Below, piece by piece: positions 1-8,881 of a DNA stretch of 64,000 nucleotides; positions within the stretch are counted from its first letter, which is position 1; each line of letters starts with the position of its first letter. This stretch comes from a virus (lineage: Duplodnaviria > Caudoviricetes). The stretch is from positions 32,001-96,000 of the IMG/VR virus record IMGVR_UViG_3300028886_000003. One strand, 5' to 3'. Under the pieces are notes generated by a model that was not told where the DNA came from, did not search any database, and saw only the letters and a list, made by a program, of their open reading frames with translations. Both the position numbers and the translations under genes were made by a program.

Positions 1-1026
1 AGTAATAAAGTAACCTCTTGGAGTGCAACAGTATCAGATGAAAAATATCCATCTGAAAAATTAGTAAAAAATAGTTTAGATAACAAATTAGATGCATCTG
101 ACGTTCCAACCAAAACATCAGATTTAACTAATGATGGTGATGGAGATAATGCATTTTTAACATCACATGCACCAGTTGATTCTTCATTAAGTACAAGTTC
201 AACTAATGCAGTACAAAATGCAACAGTATCCACAGCATTAAATACAAAAGAAAATACATCTAACAAAGTTAGCTCTTGGAGTTCAACAGTATCAAACGAT
301 AATTATCCATCTGAAAAACTAGTAAAAGATAGTTTAGATGATAAAGCTGATAAAACAGAAATACCTACTGCAACATCAGATTTAACTAATGATGGTGATG
401 GAGATAATGCATTTTTAACATCACATCAATCTTTATCTGACATTGGTGGAGAAGTTTCAGTAGAAAAACAAACAACCGCAGAAACCGGTTACGCAGCAAC
501 TTACGTTATTAAACAAGGTACTTCCTCTTCAAAAACTCAAGCAGGAGTAAAAATTAATATCCCTAAAGACTTCTTAGTAAGATCTGGTGAAGTAAAAACT
601 GCAACAGCTGCTGATTTATCAACATTAGGACAAGGTTATACCACAGGAGATAAATATATTGATTTTGTTGTCAATACTGAAGATGCTTCTGAAACCCCAG
701 AACACATTTATATTAATGTAAAAGATTTAGTAGAAGATACAACATACGATGCTGATGGAACTACACTTGAATTAAATGCAAATGGAGTATTCTCTGTTAA
801 AGCAGGTGGAATTGGTACAACAGAATTAGATGAAGATATTGTAACATCATTAGGTTATGCAGATGATTATCATGGTAGCCCTGCTAGTAGTATTACCACA
901 ACAGAAATTAATAATTGGAATTCACACATTAGACATACTATTTTAACAGAATCAGATGTTGAGGATAAAATTGAAGCATGTCTAACAGATATTACAAATG
1001 AATTACAAGGTGCAAATTCAGAATAA
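1..1026 (+). CDS. 5'-truncated tail fibre/adhesin shaft protein with internal repeats (missing from ORF track)
   Basis: Frame 1 reads SNKVTSWSATVSDEKYPSEKLVKNSLD... and ends at TAA 1024-1026; duplicated YPSEKLVK and SDLTNDGDG motifs typical of fibre shafts. Confidence 0.8.
   Translation, partial: SNKVTSWSATVSDEKYPSEKLVKNSLDNKLDASDVPTKTSDLTNDGDGDNAFLTSHAPVDSSLSTSSTNAVQNATVSTALNTKENTSNKVSSWSSTVSNDNYPSEKLVKDSLDDKADKTEIPTATSDLTNDGDGDNAFLTSHQSLSDIGGEVSVEKQTTAETGYAATYVIKQGTSSSKTQAGVKINIPKDFLVRSGEVKTATAADLSTLGQGYTTGDKYIDFVVNTEDASETPEHIYINVKDLVEDTTYDADGTTLELNANGVFSVKAGGIGTTELDEDIVTSLGYADDYHGSPASSITTTEINNWNSHIRHTILTESDVEDKIEACLTDITNELQGANSE
114..426 (+). repeat. Intragenic direct repeat, 55 bp identical core (114-168 = 372-426), period 258 bp
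   Basis: aacatcagatttaactaatgatggtgatggagataatgcatttttaacatcacat occurs twice. Confidence 0.9.
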
Positions 1027-1049
1027 AAAAATAAATAGAAGGTAATATT

Positions 1050-2060
1050 ATGACAAACAAAAGAACACAACAAGTAATTGATTTTGCTAACACAATAAAA
1101 GGATTAATTACAGCACATTATAATATTACCGGAAATTCTTCACAAAAAGGACATGTTCAAGCGGGTGGCGCACCACAAGATATTGGAACATCAAGTGCTG
1201 CAGGAACAGACAATGGTTATTATGCAAGAGCAGACCACGTACATAAAGCATCTTATGATAATTTAATAAATAAACCTACAATTCCATCCGCTAATACAAC
1301 AGCAAGTAATATTAAAATGGACGGAACACAGAGTGCTGGCTCTGCTACAACTTATGCAAAAGCTGACCATATACACCCAACCGACACAAGTAGAGCAGCA
1401 TCTAACCATACACATAATGAATATGCTAGTAGTACACATACACACAGTGGATATATTACTTTAAGTGATATATATCAAACAAAAATTGAAGCAAGTAACT
1501 ATAATGTAAGTATAGACTCAACTGATAATGTTATTACAGTTACATTATTAGATTTTAATAATCAACCAGTAACAAACAAAAGTGTAACATTAACATGTGA
1601 CAAAGGATATTTCACAAAAAAAGGCAGTACCAATATCAGTGGTAAAACAACAAAAAGCGTATCAGTTAACACTGATAGTAATGGGAAAATTACTGCAACT
1701 TGGACAGCATCAGAATGGGGATTATGTACCTTTTCAGCAAACAGTAACAAAGTACAAATTAATGTAAAAGGTTGTAGAACATCAAGTAATCAGTATATTA
1801 ATAAATATGAATTTGAAACATATTATCAAATAGTTATTGTTAAAAATACAAATTATAGTGTAACACCTAATTATCAAGATTTAGGAAGTATATTATCTTC
1901 AGTAGAAGCACCAGAAGTAGATATTTATCAAAGAAGTAATGGTAATGATAATGTATTAATTAGATTAGGTTCAAATGGTCATGTATTATTCAGAACCACA
2001 GATTCAAGTCGTGTTACATCAAATTTGATATCTCAATTTATATATCGTAAAAAATGGTGA
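1050..2060 (+). CDS. Tail fibre/receptor-binding protein (ADHxH/HTH repeats, Ig-like domain, variable C-terminal tip)
   Basis: YARADHVH, YAKADHIHP and HTH metal-binding fibre motifs; Big_1-like ITVTL..NQPV..VNTDSNG. Confidence 0.75.
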   Translation: MTNKRTQQVIDFANTIKGLITAHYNITGNSSQKGHVQAGGAPQDIGTSSAAGTDNGYYARADHVHKASYDNLINKPTIPSANTTASNIKMDGTQSAGSATTYAKADHIHPTDTSRAASNHTHNEYASSTHTHSGYITLSDIYQTKIEASNYNVSIDSTDNVITVTLLDFNNQPVTNKSVTLTCDKGYFTKKGSTNISGKTTKSVSVNTDSNGKITATWTASEWGLCTFSANSNKVQINVKGCRTSSNQYINKYEFETYYQIVIVKNTNYSVTPNYQDLGSILSSVEAPEVDIYQRSNGNDNVLIRLGSNGHVLFRTTDSSRVTSNLISQFIYRKKW

Positions 2061-2298
2061 AGGATTAGCAGAATTAAATCTACATTATGCTCAGTCTGCT
2101 GCAATTGGACCTATTGGTCATTGGTGGACTATAGACTCACCATATAGACCAAGACAAGATGTAGCTACAATAAGAAACAATTATGGTGTCTATTGGGTTA
2201 TCAATGCAACCTCACAAGGGCAAATACAAATTGGTACATTGAATAATAGTAATACAACATTAGGTGGTTTGTGGGGGCAGATAGTTTATAGATATTAA
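2029..2298 (+). pseudogene. Start-less open frame encoding an alternative tail-fibre tip domain (silent cassette)
   Basis: +1 frame YLNLYIVKNGEGLAELNLHY...PYRPRQDV...GQIQI...GQIVYRY* parallels the tip of 1050..2060 (APEVDI...GHVLF...SQFIYRK). Confidence 0.6.
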
Positions 2299-2340
2299 AT
2301 TCTATGATTATTTATGAAAAAGAACTGCTTAGGTGAAAAA

Positions 2341-3024
2341 ATGGCTAGAAAATTAATTGGGAGTGTAATAACCGATAATAATGGTGAAGCTCATTTAAAT
2401 TATGAAATAAATGAATCAACAACTTTTGTTAGTACAGTAAATAATTTAGAAGATACAATTACTTACAATCCAATACTTTATAATCCATCTTTTACATCAG
2501 AAAATCCTGCTCCAACAACACGATTAGGAAATGGATATAGAGTAACACAAGCTAATGGAGAAATTACTCTTATAGATGCTTGCTTGACTGATGGATGGAG
2601 CAACGAAGGATTATGGGAATGCGATTACGATGTTAAATGGAGTAACCTACGATATGTATGGTTCAGAACACTAATGGCATTACCCAATACTGTACTAACC
2701 GGTGGATGGGAAGGATGTGTAGTTACTACTCAGGCAGGATTAGGTAGTAATGTTCAGAGAGATAATAATGATTGTTTAACAGTATTACATACTAGTATTT
2801 GGAATAATCCCTCTGTACCATATGTACATATTAATATTAAAAAAACTTCACCAACTACCCTTGTTGTTACTAAAACAGGTGATACAGCTAATAATGGTAC
2901 TGTTACTTTTACTAATTGTGATTTATTAGATACATATGATAAATTAAGTATTGGTGCTACATGTAATAATGGAAACAGTATTGGCTTACCAACAATTCGT
3001 AATTTAATAGTTAAACCATTATAA
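2341..3024 (+). CDS. Putative adhesin/tail accessory protein
   Basis: ATG 2341 with GGTGA RBS; N-terminal ITDNNGEA Ig-like motif; beta-rich C-terminus. Confidence 0.5.
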   Translation: MARKLIGSVITDNNGEAHLNYEINESTTFVSTVNNLEDTITYNPILYNPSFTSENPAPTTRLGNGYRVTQANGEITLIDACLTDGWSNEGLWECDYDVKWSNLRYVWFRTLMALPNTVLTGGWEGCVVTTQAGLGSNVQRDNNDCLTVLHTSIWNNPSVPYVHINIKKTSPTTLVVTKTGDTANNGTVTFTNCDLLDTYDKLSIGATCNNGNSIGLPTIRNLIVKPL

Positions 3025-3074
3025 TATTTTTTTTATATACTTTATAATAGATAGGACACATAGGTGAGAATTAA

Positions 3075-4043
3075 ATGACTCAAATAACTAAAAAAGAAGT
3101 TTATTTTATCGCAAAAGTTTTAAAAAAAACTATTAAGAAAGATAAAAAACTTCCATCTAAAATTACAATAAATAAACAAACATATTCATATGAAGAATGC
3201 GCGTATATACTTGCACATGGTATAAATCATTTAAATGAAAAATTTACATTAATTAATATTAAAAAACCATCCAATATTACTGGAGAAAAAATTAATGAAA
3301 ATATTGCTAAAGATGATTTCTTAGACCAAGCTAAACGTGTAGAAGCATATATTAAAGAACATAAACAATGCCCAAGTACTGTAAAAACAGTTAAATCAAA
3401 AACTAAAGTTGGAGTAGTTGATTATATATATGCATTTGCAAGAATAGTTGTATGGTATTATAAACATAAAAAAACATTACCAAAACAATGTTTATACAAA
3501 AATGTTATAGCACCTAAAACTGCAAGCAAAAAGAAAAAATATGGTCACGCTACACAGCATGGTTGCGACCAAATGGGACAAAACACAGGATATTATTGCG
3601 GAGTACACAGTTTACAAGAAGTATTCAGAAACTTAACTGGTATTGTTGTAAAACAATCAACATTAGCATCAGTTGCAGGAACAACTACATCAGGAACTCC
3701 ACATTCAGGATTAGACACTACAGTTGCTTGGTTTAACAGAACTTATGATTTTGATCTAGAAGTTGAATGGAAAAACTTCTCTGACTTAGGCTGGGGTGGA
3801 ATTAAAAAGATTATTGAATCTGATAATAAAGATTGTGTAGTGCACAACCTCTATCGTAACCAATGGGGTCATTACGAAACTGTTAATGGTGTTTCGGATT
3901 CCAATATTAAAGTTCAAAATTCATTAGGAAGTTATTGCGGCCCATGTTATTGTGGATATGTAGAAAATAGAGCACCAAGTACTTTTAGAAGTTATATTGG
4001 TGGAATTAGTCAAAAATCTATTATGGTTATTGAAAGGAAGTAG
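3075..4043 (+). CDS. Endolysin: pseudomurein-binding-type N-terminus plus C39-like cysteine peptidase (PeiR-like)
   Basis: Repeated LP..I.I / Y.FARI....K.LP motifs; catalytic QNTGYYCG and GHYETV. Confidence 0.8.
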   Translation: MTQITKKEVYFIAKVLKKTIKKDKKLPSKITINKQTYSYEECAYILAHGINHLNEKFTLINIKKPSNITGEKINENIAKDDFLDQAKRVEAYIKEHKQCPSTVKTVKSKTKVGVVDYIYAFARIVVWYYKHKKTLPKQCLYKNVIAPKTASKKKKYGHATQHGCDQMGQNTGYYCGVHSLQEVFRNLTGIVVKQSTLASVAGTTTSGTPHSGLDTTVAWFNRTYDFDLEVEWKNFSDLGWGGIKKIIESDNKDCVVHNLYRNQWGHYETVNGVSDSNIKVQNSLGSYCGPCYCGYVENRAPSTFRSYIGGISQKSIMVIERK

Positions 4044-4048
4044 ATATA

Positions 4049-4234
4049 ATGAAAATTTTAAATAAATATCATGCTTGGAAAATGAACAGAATGCAAAAAA
4101 ATGTTGATAAAGAAGTAGAAGTAAAAGGATTTGATGATGATATCCTTGATAAACAATTAATTATCAACAAAAAAAGAAACAAATTAGATATAGCCGACCC
4201 TGAAACTTTAGATGATGATGGTTGGGCACAGTAA
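4049..4234 (+). CDS. Small hypothetical protein downstream of the endolysin
   Basis: ORF tightly coupled to the endolysin gene. Confidence 0.55.
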   Translation: MKILNKYHAWKMNRMQKNVDKEVEVKGFDDDILDKQLIINKKRNKLDIADPETLDDDGWAQ

Positions 4235-4284
4235 AATTTAAATATCATAATATATTAAAAGATATATTGTAACAAATATGTATT

Positions 4285-4332
4285 ATAAGTTTGATGATAG
4301 CTGCTTGATTCATCTAACTTATCTTTTTTTTT
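4285..4332 (+). terminator. Hairpin plus T-run (terminator or small RNA)
   Basis: ataagtt-t-gatga...tcatc-t-aacttat followed by T9. Confidence 0.5.
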
Positions 4333-4383
4333 ATATTTTAGAACCCAAAAATTATAATTAATTTATTTTAACGAGGGTTAAAC

Positions 4384-5094
4384 ATGTCAATTTCAGATAC
4401 ATGGGTAAACATTAAAGAATATTTTACTAAATGGCATAAAAATGATTATAAGACTTTACATACAGGTGAAACAGATCAAATTACTAATCGTACTCCTGAT
4501 TCAGATTATTTAGTTAAAAGTAAAGCTGTATATGATAAAGTAAATGAAATAAATACTGGTATAAATAATATAAACGTTAATTTAGATAAAAAATGTAATT
4601 TAAATCAAATAGCACAAGGAGATAGTATTAGTTTAGAAAAAACACAGAATGGTTTTGAAATAAATTATCATTCTGTTTCAGATGGACTAATGACAGGAAA
4701 AGATCAATCTTTTTTAAGAAGTACCGGTATGTGGATAAAAAGAAGCAAAAGTACAAATCCTCCATGGGGTTCTGTACCAGATTATTCAACTGTATGGGTC
4801 AACCCTATTTTACAATTAGTATACTTTTATTACAATGAACCAAATTGTCCTAGACTAAAAAAAGACAAAGAATATAGTACACCTGATAGACCAGCAGTTA
4901 GTGACTGGTTTTATCGTATTCATCCAGTAGCACATATTTGGGGGGGAACAAATACCCCAGGTGTACACATAGGAGTTTCAAGTAATGGTGTTTTTAATAT
5001 TAAATCAGATAGAACAATCACAAGCTTTAATCTTGTTGGATCTTTAATGTGGTTTTATGGTCCTAATGGAGATAGTAATACATATAATGGGTGA
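4384..5094 (+). CDS. Tail fibre-like protein with C-terminal tip domain
   Basis: DGLMTGKD fibre motif; C-terminal WVNP..LVYF...SSNGVF...GSLMWFY tip-like domain. Confidence 0.55.
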   Translation: MSISDTWVNIKEYFTKWHKNDYKTLHTGETDQITNRTPDSDYLVKSKAVYDKVNEINTGINNINVNLDKKCNLNQIAQGDSISLEKTQNGFEINYHSVSDGLMTGKDQSFLRSTGMWIKRSKSTNPPWGSVPDYSTVWVNPILQLVYFYYNEPNCPRLKKDKEYSTPDRPAVSDWFYRIHPVAHIWGGTNTPGVHIGVSSNGVFNIKSDRTITSFNLVGSLMWFYGPNGDSNTYNG

Positions 5095-5101
5095 ATAAAT
5101 A

Positions 5102-6073
5102 ATGACAAATGAAGAGTTAAAAGTTGTTAATTTAAAAGATGTAATTAAAGAATTTACATATGTTAAAAATGATTTTTTATCAAAAATAGAAGAAGCAAAT
5201 AAGGAATCTATAGCTCCAGCATCAACTAAAGCTATTGTAGAATATATAACAAATGAAAAAGGTGCGATTAATACAGAAATTAATAGTAAACTTAATAGTG
5301 ATTATTTACCCAAAGAAACAATTAAAAGTACATATTTAACAAAAAATGATGCTTCAATTACTTATGCCACAAAAGATAATCTTAATCATTACTTAACCGA
5401 AGATAATGCTAACAATCTTTATTCTTTAAAAGATCATACTCACGATAATTTAACTTTTAATATTTTTGCAAATCCTGCTGAAACAACATTATTAATAGAT
5501 GAATTAATTGAACCAGGATATTATAAATATATAGGAAATACTGCTGCAATTAGTTGTGCACCTGATAATGTTATTTATTATAAAAATGGACTTATTCGAG
5601 TTGAAAAACAAGGCAATCGTATTGTACAAACTTTATATGCTACATCACAATATGATGATAATTTTGTCATTGATGGTAGACAATTTATTAGATATGGTTT
5701 TATTGATGACGAAGATAATTTTATACGAAATGATTGGTGTGTAAAACATTTACCTTATAAAGAAAGGCCTGATTTGGTTAATAGAAAAGGAGATAATGTT
5801 GATAGTTTTACAATTTTTGAAAATACTTTCGGATATCATTTCAAATGGCTACAATCAAATGATAAATATTTCTTACCAATGGACCAATATCAATTTTACA
5901 CAATCGCAAAATTTTCTAAATTACCTATTGCCTATCCACATATTATAGGTAACCTTATAGGCCATATAGATACTAAAATTACAGACACTGAGTTTAAAAT
6001 TAGATCAGTCAATAAAAAAGGAGAATATGTTACTGGAGTTAATAATACTTTCTTCATTCCACGTATAAACTGA
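5102..6073 (+). CDS. Tail fibre-like protein
   Basis: YLTK/YATK shaft repeats, DHTH, PGYY...QTLY...FIR motif of fibre modules. Confidence 0.55.
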   Translation: MTNEELKVVNLKDVIKEFTYVKNDFLSKIEEANKESIAPASTKAIVEYITNEKGAINTEINSKLNSDYLPKETIKSTYLTKNDASITYATKDNLNHYLTEDNANNLYSLKDHTHDNLTFNIFANPAETTLLIDELIEPGYYKYIGNTAAISCAPDNVIYYKNGLIRVEKQGNRIVQTLYATSQYDDNFVIDGRQFIRYGFIDDEDNFIRNDWCVKHLPYKERPDLVNRKGDNVDSFTIFENTFGYHFKWLQSNDKYFLPMDQYQFYTIAKFSKLPIAYPHIIGNLIGHIDTKITDTEFKIRSVNKKGEYVTGVNNTFFIPRIN

Positions 6074-6077
6074 TACT

Positions 6078-8879
6078 ATGACAGAAAAAATATTTAATAC
6101 AAAAGCAACATACAATAGCAATTGTCATTATAAAAAATCAAGTAATACACAAGATATTACAACTACAATGACAAAAATAAATATAAATATGCATATATTA
6201 GACAATGATAATCCTGTTAGTAATAAAATATATTATAATGATACTGTAAAAATTGAAGTAAATTGCACACAAAATATTAATAATGAAGAAAAAACAATAA
6301 GCTGGGGTAATGTTACTTTTTATTTTGCTGATGAAAATGCTCCTTTTGATAAGAAAGTAATTAACAAAATACCAGTACCTATTGATGTAAATGGATATGC
6401 TGCAGTTAGTTTTATTCCTCATAATAATGGTCAAATATATGCTGAATATTATGGAGAGCCATATCATGTTGCTGATGAAGTATCAGAATATATTATATTA
6501 GAGCCACGTCCTGTTAATATAAAATTTCAAGAATATTCTCCATATTTAGTTAATGAATCAGATACAATAGACATGAATGTTAATGTTACCGATGTATACA
6601 CAAACGAAGATATTGATTATGGTTTAGTTACTTTTATGAATTATCATGAATGGAACAATAGAGAAGAGAAAATTATAGGTAATCCTAAATATTTAATTGA
6701 TGGAAAAGCTAGTATTAGATATTCTCCAATTCAATTAGGAACTAATGATCTCTTTCATAATATTGAATTAATTAGAGCATCATATAATTATGATAATGAA
6801 AAATATGGTGTAAAATGGAAATATTATGGAACACATGATGATTTTACAGCAATAGCTATTAGAAGAAATAATCAAATTAATATTAATATACCACAAATTC
6901 AAAAAAGTGAAAATACATATGAGCGATTAAAGATTGAAGAAACAGGTTTATTTATTGCACAAACATCTGATGCCTTATTATGCCAATGTGAAGTTACAAT
7001 AGATGAAGATTTTTTTGTTTCAGATGCAGATGTTAGTTTTGTGGTTACTGGAAAAGAAAAAGTATATCAAAATGATAATTATGAAGAAAAAAGCTTTACT
7101 AATGTTTATAATAATGTTGATACAAAAGAACAAACTATTGAAGGAAAAAAATATACTTATTTTGAGTGTTTGATTGAACATTTGCCTGAGGGTTTTTATG
7201 AAATTTATGCAAAAATAAAGAATAAAGAAGTAACCATTAATAATGAAACATATACATTACCTGTTGTTGAAAATGATTTACCTGAAGGAGAACAAATACA
7301 AAGCAATAACAGAATATCAGAAGATACTGAAAGATATATTAAAGATGGAATATATTTAAAATCTAACCAGTCAGAAAGTTTTTTCATTAAAATTGAACCA
7401 TCTCCAACTCCAATAGCATTAACACTAAATAATATAAAAGGAGTATATACAAATAAAAAAATAGAAAAAGGTGATATAGAATTAGTTGTTACAGGAACAT
7501 CAGACGATGATGAATATGTGAATGTTTTAAAACATGAAAAATGCTACTTTTATATTCCTCAACTTAAAGCAACATATGAAGGAGCAATCGAGGAAGAACT
7601 TGATGGCAGAATAATTGGCAGATTAAAAGATCCTATTAATTTTAATTATACTGGAAATTATAATATATATGGATATATAAAAGCAGGAGATTATATAGAC
7701 ATAGTTGATAATACTATAATAGTTAGGCATTGTGCGACAACATATAGTAATACTGTTCCAATTAAAGTAATTGATGAACCTCAAATATCACTGAGATTAC
7801 AGACAGACTCAATTGCATATCCTCAAAATATTAATTATATTATCCAAAAGGATGATTTAAATGATGAGTTTATACCTATTAATGTTTATATAGATAATGA
7901 ACAATTAATTGGTCAATATACATTATCAAATTTAAATAAGAGAATAATAAAAAATATTCCTCCATTAAAACCTGGTGTTCATACTATTAATATAAAAATT
8001 ATGAATGATGATTATCATACTGTCTTTACTCCATTAGAATTTACAGTAATTAAAGGAGATTTAAACATAGAATTACTAAATGAAGAGCCAGTTCTTACAA
8101 GTACAGTAACAGATTTATTTTTTGATATTACAAATAAAGAAGGAAAAAATTTAGAAAATATTGATACAAATAATTTTAATATTACAACAGAAGTACAAGA
8201 TATTTCTTTCGAATGGGGTAGTACATTAGACGATATAAATGATAAAAAATTAAAATTAAAAGGAACTGGTGGATTATATACAGCTGATGATTGGACTGTA
8301 AAAATTGAATATAAAGATAATGAATATTATAACGATCCTAATAAAGTAATTAATTTTAAAACAACAAATGTATCTCCAGTTTGTGTTATTAATAATCAAA
8401 CAAGTGATTGTATTGAAAATAAAGTTATATATGATAGAAATATCAAATATATTCAAGAAGAAAATAATGGGCAAATAATAGTAAGAGAAGAGGTTGAATA
8501 TTCAAGTTTAGAACAAAATATTTTAGTTATTACTAAATTAATTAAAGATGAAAATGATTATATTACTTATGTAAATATTACAGATATAACTGGAGAATAT
8601 TTAATTAATAAACCATCTGATATGAGTGATATTGAATGGCAACAATATAATATTTTAGAATATCATATTTGTCCACAACATGAAGTCTTAGATGCTTTTA
8701 AAGAAATCAATAATGATGAAGGAATTATAGAAGCTTTTGAATCTGTATTCCCTCAACATAATTGTACCAATAATGAGATTGAAACTTTGTATAACAATAG
8801 TAAAAATTATCATTTTACTACTTTATTTGTTGGATATGATGAAGTACAAGACACAATTACATTAGATCAAGGTGAGTAA
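6078..8879 (+). CDS. Large Ig-like repeat virion/adhesin protein
   Basis: 933 aa, beta-rich; G.VTF and G.A motifs of Ig-like repeats. Confidence 0.5.
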   Translation: MTEKIFNTKATYNSNCHYKKSSNTQDITTTMTKININMHILDNDNPVSNKIYYNDTVKIEVNCTQNINNEEKTISWGNVTFYFADENAPFDKKVINKIPVPIDVNGYAAVSFIPHNNGQIYAEYYGEPYHVADEVSEYIILEPRPVNIKFQEYSPYLVNESDTIDMNVNVTDVYTNEDIDYGLVTFMNYHEWNNREEKIIGNPKYLIDGKASIRYSPIQLGTNDLFHNIELIRASYNYDNEKYGVKWKYYGTHDDFTAIAIRRNNQININIPQIQKSENTYERLKIEETGLFIAQTSDALLCQCEVTIDEDFFVSDADVSFVVTGKEKVYQNDNYEEKSFTNVYNNVDTKEQTIEGKKYTYFECLIEHLPEGFYEIYAKIKNKEVTINNETYTLPVVENDLPEGEQIQSNNRISEDTERYIKDGIYLKSNQSESFFIKIEPSPTPIALTLNNIKGVYTNKKIEKGDIELVVTGTSDDDEYVNVLKHEKCYFYIPQLKATYEGAIEEELDGRIIGRLKDPINFNYTGNYNIYGYIKAGDYIDIVDNTIIVRHCATTYSNTVPIKVIDEPQISLRLQTDSIAYPQNINYIIQKDDLNDEFIPINVYIDNEQLIGQYTLSNLNKRIIKNIPPLKPGVHTINIKIMNDDYHTVFTPLEFTVIKGDLNIELLNEEPVLTSTVTDLFFDITNKEGKNLENIDTNNFNITTEVQDISFEWGSTLDDINDKKLKLKGTGGLYTADDWTVKIEYKDNEYYNDPNKVINFKTTNVSPVCVINNQTSDCIENKVIYDRNIKYIQEENNGQIIVREEVEYSSLEQNILVITKLIKDENDYITYVNITDITGEYLINKPSDMSDIEWQQYNILEYHICPQHEVLDAFKEINNDEGIIEAFESVFPQHNCTNNEIETLYNNSKNYHFTTLFVGYDEVQDTITLDQGE

Positions 8880-8881
8880 TA

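Noticed and set aside
870-1750. Short - strand ORFs in the fibre genes (and similar ones across 5.5-24 kb)
   Set aside because: Antisense or alternate-frame ORFs inside long coding genes, no RBS support
1050-6073. Diversity-generating retroelement or invertase shufflon for the fibre tips
   Set aside because: No reverse transcriptase, TR/VR pair, recombinase or inverted repeats seen
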